In this document: positions 19,624-28,185 of the stretch, piece by piece
How the letters are laid out: each line of letters starts with the position of its first letter
Numbering within the stretch: the first letter of the stretch is position 1
Origin: Candidatus Brocadiia bacterium
Lineage (GTDB): Bacteria > Planctomycetota > Brocadiia > SM23-32
Length of the DNA: 64,000 nt
Assembly: GCA_046538485.1 (NCBI GenBank)
Contig: JBKHIT010000019.1
Coordinates: forward strand, 16,114 to 80,113
Direction of reading: 5' to 3'
Made by a program: the position numbers and the translations under genes
The notes under the pieces: generated by a model
The model's database searches: none
Told to the model about the DNA's origin: nothing
The model's input: the letters and a program-made list of their open reading frames with translations, nothing else

Positions 19624-20514
19624 TTACTGTGTATTTGGATTGTCTTTTTTATCCCGGCGTAGCCGTAGCATTTTATCGCGTTTTTGTTTGGATGCGTCAA
19701 AACGCTGCTCAAGTTTTTGCAGTTGACCTTGTGTTAAGAATTCATTCATTTGCCGAAGTTCATCGATAAGCGTATCAATCCCTTCGGCAATGGCATCGAC
19801 ATTTGTAGCGCATATATCACGCCAGAGCCCAGGATCACCACTGGCGATTCGAGTTGTATCAATTAGCCCGCCGCCGGCGAATTCCCCCTGTTGGGGAGTG
19901 ACGGTCTGCATAAGGGCAGCTGCGGCGATATGAGGCAGATGACTGATCCGAGCGACAAGCCTGTCATGCTCCGCCGGTTTCATATAGCTGACGCGAGCGC
20001 CGAGCTTCTCCCACATTTGTGTAATCCTCTGCCATTCCCGTGACACGGATTTCGAGGTTGGGCATATTATACAAACGCTGCTTTCGAACAAATGTTCGTC
20101 GGCATTGCCAGCGCCACGTTTTTCACTTCCGGCCATAGGATGGGTGGGAACAAAGCTTATCCCCTTGTCGGAAGGCTGAGTTTGATTTATAGCTTTAATG
20201 ACGCTTTGTTTTGTACTGGCGACTTCGGTGAGAATACTATCAGCGGGCATCGCGTCGATAATTGTCGGGGCAAGCCGAATTATGGTTGAGATAGGGGTGG
20301 CGAGGATTACAAGATCAGCTTCCTGAACGCCAGCAGCAGGATCAAGTGAAGTTTCGTCGATAGCGCCCACATCAACGGCGATATCAAGTGAACTCTGCCG
20401 TCGGCCGATCCCGATCACATGGCGTGCCAGCTCACGACGGCGAAGCGCCAGACCAATTGACCCCCCGATAAGGCCAGGCCCGACGATTGAAACAGTGTCG
20501 AAAAGTTTTTCCAA
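19624..20514 (-). CDS. tyrA: prephenate/arogenate dehydrogenase
   Basis: GPGLIGGS Rossmann motif, HPMAGSE, HD..A.ISHLPH, DTTRIA. Confidence 0.93.
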   Translation of the reverse strand: MEKLFDTVSIVGPGLIGGSIGLALRRRELARHVIGIGRRQSSLDIAVDVGAIDETSLDPAAGVQEADLVILATPISTIIRLAPTIIDAMPADSILTEVASTKQSVIKAINQTQPSDKGISFVPTHPMAGSEKRGAGNADEHLFESSVCIICPTSKSVSREWQRITQMWEKLGARVSYMKPAEHDRLVARISHLPHIAAAALMQTVTPQQGEFAGGGLIDTTRIASGDPGLWRDICATNVDAIAEGIDTLIDELRQMNEFLTQGQLQKLEQRFDASKQKRDKMLRLRRDKKDNPNTQ

Positions 20515-20566
20515 GTTTGCCTACCCAGAGACCGAGCTTTGTTGATGAGGAATCCGTGGAAAAGGT

Positions 20567-20595
20567 ATGGTAGTATGGGGACGCCGCGCTGTCAA
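20567..20595 (-). promoter_or_regulatory. sigma70-type promoter for tyrA-purL
   Basis: TTGACA-17 nt-TACCAT on the minus strand. Confidence 0.55.
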
Positions 20596-20607
20596 CATTG
20601 GTCAGGG

Positions 20608-22626
20608 TTAGCGCAGCTCGGCGTTCAGTTCTGACTCAAGGCTACAGACAATTTCATCGCGCTGTGCGTCGGCTTCCTCGCGGGTGAGAGTCCGTTCTTC
20701 GGAACGGAAAGTAACGGAAAAAGCAATGCTCTTTTTGCCCATCGGAATTTGTTCGCCACGGTACAGATCGAAGAAATCGATAGCCTCAAGGTTTTTGGTC
20801 GAATTGTCACGAATGCACCGTTCAACATCTCTCCAGAGCACCGATTCATCGATAACGATTGCGATATCGCGTTCGACAGGTGGATATTTGGGCAGGGGTG
20901 TCACGGCCGGTTGGAGACGAGCCAGTTCAGTGACCAGGTCAAAATCGATTTCCAGAAGCGCCGGACGATCGGGGAAGTCAAGTTCGTCCGCGTATTTGGA
21001 AGGCAATACCCCGGCGCAACCGAGCAACTGTCCCTCGAGTTCCAGGCGGATAGATTCCGGTTCTTCAAAAATGGCTTCTCCCGCAGGCGTTTCCCCGAGA
21101 TTGCCATCAACATGAAGGAGGTCCAGAAGATTTTTCAATACCCCTTTCAAGACAAGAAAGCCATCTTCGCGATCTGTGAGAAGGCTGAGACAGACTTTTT
21201 CTTCGGGGAGTTCCTGATCGTCCGGGAGATAAATTTTGCCGAGTTCATAAAGGTCAACATTTTCGTTCCCGTGGGCCGCATTCACCCTTTTGGCCCGAAG
21301 CATATTTGCCAGATTGGTAAGACGGAGATGCGTCTTATCGCTGCTGACGGGATTCCGCAACGCGATCGGATCGCCGTCATACCAGCACTGAGCACATTGT
21401 AGATGTGTTGGTGTGACAAGGCTGTAGGTCATAATTTCTGTAAAGCCCTGCCCGGCCAGCACGGATCTTGCCTTGCGTTCCGCGCGTTCGTGCCGTGAAA
21501 CTGGTGCAAACGCAACGGGGATTCGTGTAGTTTCCGCAACTTTGTCGTAACCGTGCAGACGCGCAACTTCCTCGATAAGGTCGATTTCCCGTGTGAGGTC
21601 TGGACGCCAGCTTGGGACCCGGACGGCAATCTCGCTGTTGGTGCAATTCAAAACCTCGAGCTCAAGTCCGCTAAAAATCGCTTCAACATCTTTGGCGGCG
21701 ACCTTAAGGCCGAGTACGTGGGCGAGTCGGGGGAGGCGGATTGTGACCTCCGGCGTCGATGTCGTATCAGCCCGAATATCCGCCATGCCCGAGACGAGTT
21801 CACCTCCGGCCAATTCGAGGATGAGCTTGGCTGCGCGGCGGGAAGCCTTCTCGACATTTTCGGGATCGACACCACGTTCAAAACGATAAGATGATTCGCT
21901 GCTTAAGCCCAGTTCTCGGGATGTTCGCCGCACATTCGGCGGGTTGAACCGTGCGCTCTCTATCAGAACGTCGACGGTTGACGCTCCGATTTCCGAATCA
22001 AGTCCCCCCATGATGCCGGCAAGCGCGACAGGATTTTCCGCGTCGGAAATAATGCACATATCGGAAGAAAGTTCACAGACCGATTCGTCGATTGTAGTGA
22101 TTTCTTCACCCTCTTCAGCCCGCCGAACGACTATCCGACGACCAGTGAGGCGCGCCATATCGAAGGCATGGAGTGGTTGGCCACTTTCAAGGAGAATGTA
22201 GTTGGTAACATCGACGATATTATTGATCGGACGGATCCCGCAGGTTTCGAGACGCTTTTTCATCCAGGGGGGGGATTCGCCGACGGTAATGCCTTCGATA
22301 ATTCTTGCCGTGTAATGGGGACACAGGTCGGGGCACTCGACGATTACGGAAGATTGATCTTCAAAACGGAGTTCAGAATCTTCTTCAACGGAAGCATCGG
22401 GATGTTGAACATGTTGACCTGTAAGTGCTGCAACTTCGCGGGCTATGCCAAGATGTGAAAGGCAGTCGGGGCGGTTGCTGGTAACCTCCACATCAAGCAT
22501 CCAATCTTTCCCGCGCGGCTCGTAAGTTTCCACGCAGAGCCCGGCGTGGCTGAGCCTGTCGGCAAGCTCATGTGCAGCGAGACCGTGGGGGCAAATATCA
22601 TTCAGCCAGTTGTAACTGATCAACAT
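20608..22626 (-). CDS. pheT: phenylalanine--tRNA ligase beta subunit (short form, no B2 OB domain)
   Basis: ISYNWL, VTSNRPDCLS, RFERGVD, DLIEEVAR, FDX-ACB C-terminus; 672 aa. Confidence 0.96.
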   Translation of the reverse strand: MLISYNWLNDICPHGLAAHELADRLSHAGLCVETYEPRGKDWMLDVEVTSNRPDCLSHLGIAREVAALTGQHVQHPDASVEEDSELRFEDQSSVIVECPDLCPHYTARIIEGITVGESPPWMKKRLETCGIRPINNIVDVTNYILLESGQPLHAFDMARLTGRRIVVRRAEEGEEITTIDESVCELSSDMCIISDAENPVALAGIMGGLDSEIGASTVDVLIESARFNPPNVRRTSRELGLSSESSYRFERGVDPENVEKASRRAAKLILELAGGELVSGMADIRADTTSTPEVTIRLPRLAHVLGLKVAAKDVEAIFSGLELEVLNCTNSEIAVRVPSWRPDLTREIDLIEEVARLHGYDKVAETTRIPVAFAPVSRHERAERKARSVLAGQGFTEIMTYSLVTPTHLQCAQCWYDGDPIALRNPVSSDKTHLRLTNLANMLRAKRVNAAHGNENVDLYELGKIYLPDDQELPEEKVCLSLLTDREDGFLVLKGVLKNLLDLLHVDGNLGETPAGEAIFEEPESIRLELEGQLLGCAGVLPSKYADELDFPDRPALLEIDFDLVTELARLQPAVTPLPKYPPVERDIAIVIDESVLWRDVERCIRDNSTKNLEAIDFFDLYRGEQIPMGKKSIAFSVTFRSEERTLTREEADAQRDEIVCSLESELNAELR

Positions 22627-22665
22627 TGTCCAGGGAATCCAGTGAAAATTGGGGCGGAAAATTGC

Positions 22666-23676
22666 TTAGAACTGATTAAGAAAACGGACATCCCCCTGGT
22701 AAAAGAGACGAATGTCATCGATACCGTATTTGGTCATGGCGATACGTTCTATGCCGACTCCAAACGCAAAACCTGTGTATTTTTCAGCATCGTATCCAAC
22801 AGCGTCGAATACGTTTGGGTCGACCATCCCGGCGCCACCGAGTTCGAGCCAACCGCTGTAGGAGCATGTGCTGCAACCGCTTCCGTGGCACGCGGGACAA
22901 GTGCAGTCAAACTCAGCACTTGGTTCCGTAAAGGGAAAATAGGAGGGGCGAAACCGCACTTCAATGTCCCCCGAGAACAGCTCCCGGGCGAAAATATGAA
23001 GAACAGCTTTTAGATCGCCAAAGTTGACACCTTCATCGACCATGAGCCCTTCGACCTGGTGGAACATTGCGCTGTGACGTGCATCTTCGGTATCGGGTCG
23101 GAAACACCGGCCGGGAGCGATGATGCGCACGGGCGGTTTCGTGTTTTCCATAACCCGAATTTGGACCGTAGAAGTTTGGCTTCTCAAAAGGATATTGTCG
23201 GAGATGTAAAACGTATCAAAAGCATCTCGTGAAGGGTGATCTGGTGGAATGTTGAGGGCTTCAAAGTTGTACCAATCGAGTTCAACTTCCGGTCCAGTAG
23301 CGGTTGTGAAACCCAGGCTGCGGAATATGTCGCCAATTTGCTCGACAGTTTGTGAGAGCGGATGGATATGTCCGACTGGGGGACGACGGCCCGGCAGGGT
23401 AGGATCGAAGGTTGCTGTTTCAGGGGTTTGTTGACCTTGACAGGACTTTTGCGCTTCTTCGACAAGCTTTTCGAGTTCTTGTTTAAGAGCGTTTGCAGCT
23501 TTCCCGGCCTCTGGACGTTCTTCAGGCGGAAGTTCAGGAATAGCCGAGAACAAATCTGGCATAATGCCCTTGCGTCCCAAATAATGAACGCGGAGTCTCT
23601 CCACGTCTTCAGGCGTGGTTGCATTTTTGAATTGCTGCCGTGCTTCAGACAGAATCTGGTCGGTCTTTTCCGTCAC
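22666..23676 (-). CDS. pheS: phenylalanine--tRNA ligase alpha subunit
   Basis: HPSRD..DTFY, FHQVEG, FPFTEPSAE, GFAFGVGIER. Confidence 0.98.
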   Translation of the reverse strand: MTEKTDQILSEARQQFKNATTPEDVERLRVHYLGRKGIMPDLFSAIPELPPEERPEAGKAANALKQELEKLVEEAQKSCQGQQTPETATFDPTLPGRRPPVGHIHPLSQTVEQIGDIFRSLGFTTATGPEVELDWYNFEALNIPPDHPSRDAFDTFYISDNILLRSQTSTVQIRVMENTKPPVRIIAPGRCFRPDTEDARHSAMFHQVEGLMVDEGVNFGDLKAVLHIFARELFSGDIEVRFRPSYFPFTEPSAEFDCTCPACHGSGCSTCSYSGWLELGGAGMVDPNVFDAVGYDAEKYTGFAFGVGIERIAMTKYGIDDIRLFYQGDVRFLNQF

Positions 23677-23731
23677 AGAAAGGGCCTCCCCGCACTAAGG
23701 TTGGATGTCGGCGTTTTGGGATCGGGCGCTT

Positions 23732-24109
23732 TCAGGTTTGTGCCACAGCAGGATCGCCTTCCATTTTGGCACGCGCAATGGAGACGATTTCATCAAACGC
23801 ACCGGGATCTGAAATAGCGAGCTCTGCGAGCATTTTACGGTTCAACTGAACATCAGCTTTTTTAAGCCCGCCGATCAAACGACTATAGTTCATATTGCGC
23901 ATGCGGGCAGCTGCGTTGATGCGAGTGATCCAGAGTCGCCGGAAATCTCGTTTTTTCTGGCGCCGATGATACCAACTGTACCTCCAGGCGCGCCGCAGCG
24001 ATTCTTTTGCCGTCCGGTACAGTTTGCTACGACCACCCCAGTATCCTCGGGCGGCCCGAAAAACCCTTTTTCTCTTACGTGCTTTTGCTGCGCCTTTTTT
24101 CGTTCTCAT
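23732..24109 (-). CDS. rplT: 50S ribosomal protein L20
   Basis: ARGYWGGRS, KKRDFRRLWITRINAA, LNRKMLAELA. Confidence 0.98.
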   Translation of the reverse strand: MRTKKGAAKARKRKRVFRAARGYWGGRSKLYRTAKESLRRAWRYSWYHRRQKKRDFRRLWITRINAAARMRNMNYSRLIGGLKKADVQLNRKMLAELAISDPGAFDEIVSIARAKMEGDPAVAQT

Positions 24110-24144
24110 TTTTTGAAACTTTCTTCATATGGGTTCGGACGGAA

Positions 24145-24342
24145 TCAGCCCGAAAAATCGTACTGTTTTTTCAGTTTTTTGACTTCACAGGGTTCAAGCT
24201 GATCCCATTTTCGCAGGCGGCGTTTGCGTTTGGAGCGTTTTTTGCCCAAAAGATGACCGCGGCCGGAGCGCGCGTGCATAATTTTTCCCGTTTTTGTGAC
24301 TTTTAACCGTTGTTTAAGACCTTTGTGTGTCTTTTCTGACAT
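24145..24342 (-). CDS. rpmI: 50S ribosomal protein L35
   Basis: KTHKG..R.KVTKTGK, HLLGKK; lies between infC and rplT. Confidence 0.96.
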   Translation of the reverse strand: MSEKTHKGLKQRLKVTKTGKIMHARSGRGHLLGKKRSKRKRRLRKWDQLEPCEVKKLKKQYDFSG

Positions 24343-24462
24343 GAACTAACACCTTAATTGGCAGTGAGTCTGATTGTTGACAGTGAAAATCGCTTATGGG
24401 GAAAACACAGATTTAAAAGTTTGCTTTGAATCCGGGGGTTATGGCGCTACGGTTTTGCCGGA

Positions 24463-24984
24463 TTATCGGGGGCACAACAACATTGTTATACGTCCAGCGC
24501 TTTCCCGAGTCGGTTCGCGTTCAATTTTGCCGACTTCCTCAAACCGGTCCGCGAAATCGTACATGTGTTCCATAGCTTGTTTCCCGTGGACCTTTTCGCG
24601 TCCGGATAGGTTCATACTGATCAATACTTTATTGTGGTTCTTAAGAAATTCGATAACGCGATCAGCTTTAAAGTTCAGATCATGTTCTTCGGTGCTGATC
24701 CCGATCCGAATTTCCTTCAACTCGCTTTTATGCTTTTTTTGTTTTTGGCGGCGTTTTTGCTGGCGGTACTTAAATTTCCCATAGTCCAAAACCTTGCAAA
24801 CAGGCGGGTCGGCATCTGCTGCAATTTCAACAAGGTCCAAACCTTCTTCTTCTGCCCGAGTTCGGGCCTCTTCAAGTGGAACAATTCCTATGTGTTCCCC
24901 ATCGCCCATCACGAGCCGAACAACATCGCCTTCAATCCTGTCGTTTACCCGATAATCGGGGGTCGAGGATTTTTGTTTAGACAA
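24463..24984 (-). CDS. infC: translation initiation factor IF-3
   Basis: RVNDRI, GLDLVEIA, PPVCKVLDYGKFKY, KEIR; TTG start 8 nt after AAAGGA. Confidence 0.96.
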   Translation of the reverse strand: MSKQKSSTPDYRVNDRIEGDVVRLVMGDGEHIGIVPLEEARTRAEEEGLDLVEIAADADPPVCKVLDYGKFKYRQQKRRQKQKKHKSELKEIRIGISTEEHDLNFKADRVIEFLKNHNKVLISMNLSGREKVHGKQAMEHMYDFADRFEEVGKIEREPTRESAGRITMLLCPR

Positions 24985-25050
24985 GTATAGGTTCCTTTAG
25001 GAATAGTAAGGGTTGCTGACAGTCCAACGGAAAGCGGCCACTGACCTTTA

Positions 25051-25079
25051 AGAATAAGCAAAATCGGCAGCGCAGTCAA
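25051..25079 (-). promoter_or_regulatory. sigma70-type promoter for the infC operon
   Basis: TTGACT-17 nt-TATTCT on the minus strand. Confidence 0.55.
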
Positions 25080-25136
25080 GCTGCCTGCGAATCTCGGCGA
25101 TGCTAAAAGGGGAAGACCCTCAGCCTGCATCTTACG

Positions 25137-25284
25137 GTTGCTCATCACTGATTTTAAGTTGTCAGATTTATGCGCCGTTTTTTTAGCCCGGATTTTCGGC
25201 TGAGAAGGGTTATGAACGGTGTTCAGTAAAGATTCTTCCCTGATTTGGTACGAATGGGTTCCAATTATCCGTAAAATCCGGGCT
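25137..25284 (+). repeat. dispersed ~150-bp MITE-like repeat, full copy
   Basis: close match to the reverse complement of 44678-44829; internal 12-bp inverted repeats agcccggatttt (25185-25196) / aaaatccgggct (25273-25284). Confidence 0.88.
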
Positions 25285-25315
25285 GGACTCTGGGATGCGT
25301 CAAGGACCGTAGAAA

Positions 25316-27391
25316 CTATTTATTGTCCTTTTCGACAGCACCCGCGAATTTGTTGTTAAGCGTCGTCAGTAGTTTTCGAGAGAGTATTTCAGCGGTTTTA
25401 ACGCGAGCCCGTTCCACGGCCTTCTCGCGCGAATCCGTGTGTGCGTCCTTACCGCATGCCTCTAATGTTGCTATAACAGAGTTGGGTGGCAATGTGCTGT
25501 CGATGACACGAAGCGTTGCAGGTACGTTGACAAAGTGCAGTTTTCCGTATGAGGTCTCACGGGTTTCCACCGTTTTGGCATCGCTCTTACCAGCACAAAT
25601 AAGAAGCATTGTTTCGGCCCCGGCCATTTTAACCGGGCGGAAGGCTTGGGCCATCTTATCGACGGACGCGTCGGCCGCAAGTTTGCCCTCACGTACCGCG
25701 GGAGGCATTGCATCAGCGTCGACAATGCTGTAACCGGCTTTTTTGAGAGTTTCCCGAATGTGAGCAGCAATATCCCTTGCAGTGTCCAAATCCTGGCTAT
25801 CTTTACTCCGAAAGAAAACGGCGATTCGAGTGTTTTCCTGTCTTCGTAGCGCTGCACGGAAAACGACCCCGGGGACCTCAATATCATTGAGGTTAACATG
25901 CGGACAATCATGAGTGAGATCCATCTCACAACGAATGGCTACGCGGGAGCGGGACGCCTGTTTGATGTCTTTAACAACGCAGGCGATTCGACCGTTCTTA
26001 TCGGTTTTGGCTGGCGCATCGAGACTGCCGGCCCCTTTCTTGAAATAAAACCGCATGGCCTGGTCCGGGACCGGAGTTTTGTTTTTACCAACGTGCAAAC
26101 TGGCAACAAGAGGTTCCTGTAGAACTTCGTGTCCTGGGTTCCATTGCCGGTCCCCGCTGACCTTTGATACTGCAAACTCTTTAACTAAAGAGTTAAGAGA
26201 TTCTTTGCAACGGGCGACATCAATTTGTTCCCATTTGTCCGGATGAAACAATGTCTCTTCACCGGTCAAAAATATGGCGGCTAGCTGATATTTGACGGCT
26301 TTTTGCAGAAGACAGAATGCCTCAAGGTGCTTTGAAAGTGCTTTTACATAATTGTCGGCTTTATAATGTGCTGCGCCTGATTTAGAGAGTTCAGTCGCAT
26401 CGGCGAGGGCTTCTTCGATCAAGCGGCTATAGGTCCTCTTTGCCGTTGAACGATCAATAATGGCGAGCGCGTAATAGGTTTTTGTAACCTCGTCATGCCA
26501 GAATTTGGGCACCGAGATGTCGGGGAGTTCACTCTCATCCCAGAGCAATTTGTCAGCCCCCTCGAGCGCGGCTACACTTCGGGAAAAAACGTTTTGGTCG
26601 ATCTTTAAAGCTATCCGGCGACGCAGCGTGCGGACGGTACCCATGAAGTGTCGATGCATTTCTGTTTTGGCAGCTTCCTTCGCTGCATCATGCGTATCAG
26701 CCAAACCTATAGCATGAAGAAAGTCTTGACGTGGAAATTCTTTGTCCTCACCGCGAACCAACCAGCTCGGAGGGCTTTCTTTTAATCCGGATTCTTCCTT
26801 TTCATGTTTTGCCGATGCCCGAGCGAGGCGTTGTCGCAATAAAGAATCGAGAAAGTGTTCCAGTTCCGCCAGGGCTTTTTCCTTTTGGCCAGTGGGAAAT
26901 GGGTTGAGACGCTCGGTGACACTCGAACTCTTTTCCCTTACGCGTCGATTAACGGTATTGACGGGCAGGCGGTACATGACGTAGATAGTTTTTTTCTTCT
27001 TGTCCTGCCATGTGTCGTGAGGCGGGACCTGGCGAAGCAAAGCATTGCCAACTTCCACGGCGACATTTTCAATGAACTGCTGTGTGGACCTCGATTGGGG
27101 ATCAATGAGTTCGTGATGATCCTCGACAAAAGCCTCGAGGGCAGCCCGGGTGTAGCCCTGGATCTTACGAAGCAACTCGGCACGAGCCTCGTTTTCGGCA
27201 TCTTGGAGTTTGGAATCCCTGTTGTGACCGGACGCGTCGGAACCAACAGCCGAAATGAATGTTTCGTCGTCCTTCACTATGTGTTTTCCTCCTGGAAGCT
27301 CTGATTCTGATTGACCGAAGTTTCTGATACTTTCGCACGCCGGCAACAGCAGTGAGAATATCGCAACCAGACAGAGCAACATTTTCCGCAT
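25316..27391 (-). CDS. lipoprotein with LPP20-like domains
   Basis: lipobox LPAC; FISAVG..AENEARAEL and PPSWL..FLHAIG..AKEAAK patterns; AAGGAGG RBS. Confidence 0.75.
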   Translation of the reverse strand: MRKMLLCLVAIFSLLLPACESIRNFGQSESELPGGKHIVKDDETFISAVGSDASGHNRDSKLQDAENEARAELLRKIQGYTRAALEAFVEDHHELIDPQSRSTQQFIENVAVEVGNALLRQVPPHDTWQDKKKKTIYVMYRLPVNTVNRRVREKSSSVTERLNPFPTGQKEKALAELEHFLDSLLRQRLARASAKHEKEESGLKESPPSWLVRGEDKEFPRQDFLHAIGLADTHDAAKEAAKTEMHRHFMGTVRTLRRRIALKIDQNVFSRSVAALEGADKLLWDESELPDISVPKFWHDEVTKTYYALAIIDRSTAKRTYSRLIEEALADATELSKSGAAHYKADNYVKALSKHLEAFCLLQKAVKYQLAAIFLTGEETLFHPDKWEQIDVARCKESLNSLVKEFAVSKVSGDRQWNPGHEVLQEPLVASLHVGKNKTPVPDQAMRFYFKKGAGSLDAPAKTDKNGRIACVVKDIKQASRSRVAIRCEMDLTHDCPHVNLNDIEVPGVVFRAALRRQENTRIAVFFRSKDSQDLDTARDIAAHIRETLKKAGYSIVDADAMPPAVREGKLAADASVDKMAQAFRPVKMAGAETMLLICAGKSDAKTVETRETSYGKLHFVNVPATLRVIDSTLPPNSVIATLEACGKDAHTDSREKAVERARVKTAEILSRKLLTTLNNKFAGAVEKDNK

Positions 27392-28185
27392 AATGGAATT
27401 CCCTCCTTTGGTCCTTTTTGCCGAGTTAGTACTTCACCACCACGCCAATATTACCTCTTACGCCGCAGGAAGGTCAAATTTTCTTGTGTCCTTGCGGCAA
27501 GAATCCGCATTATACGTCTTTGAGTGCGCCGAATGGCTTCCAATTATAGCTGCTATGTGAAGCTTGATTATTTCTCTTTTCGGATGGAATCGGTGAGTTG
27601 TTGCCTTGATATAAAATAGTCCACTGTATCTGAAAATAACATCACCGCAAATTGGCTTGACAGGAAAGGCTCAGTGAGGGATAAATTAATTAGCGTATTT
27701 CCCATAGCTAAATGGTACAAACCATTGCCAAATTGCGGAGAATATGTCTGGTAAATTTGTCTCCGGGGATTTTTCTTGTTGCGATTGTGTCGTAAAAGGA
27801 TGAAGCGGCGGACGACCTGGAAGAATCGGAAGGCAACGAGGACTGAGTGGAGTTCAGCTGTGGTATCTGTCCGGCGGCAGGTCTCACAACAGACAGCCTG
27901 CCCGGAGAAGAAACATCCACTGTTTGAGGTTTCCTGCATGCATCGGATTCATCTTAAGTGGAACAATTGTCCCGTGGCAGAGACCCCGGTTATTTTATTT
28001 ATGTCCTGACTCAAACAGACAGAATGCCACAGGGGATAGAACTGCCCTGGGATGTCAACAGTGCGTGGGACCCTTTTGTGGAACGGCCTCAGGCTTTTGC
28101 TGGGCGAGCACAACCTGATTTCAGTCGCGCCGCACAGCGAATTATGTCCGGGGCACGCGTATCGACAATTTCTGTTGAATGCTAT

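Noticed and set aside
19610..19712. Longer PurL N-terminus overlapping tyrA
   Set aside because: ATG at 19610 lies just after the tyrA stop and begins the PurS-like domain; the extension is not protein-like
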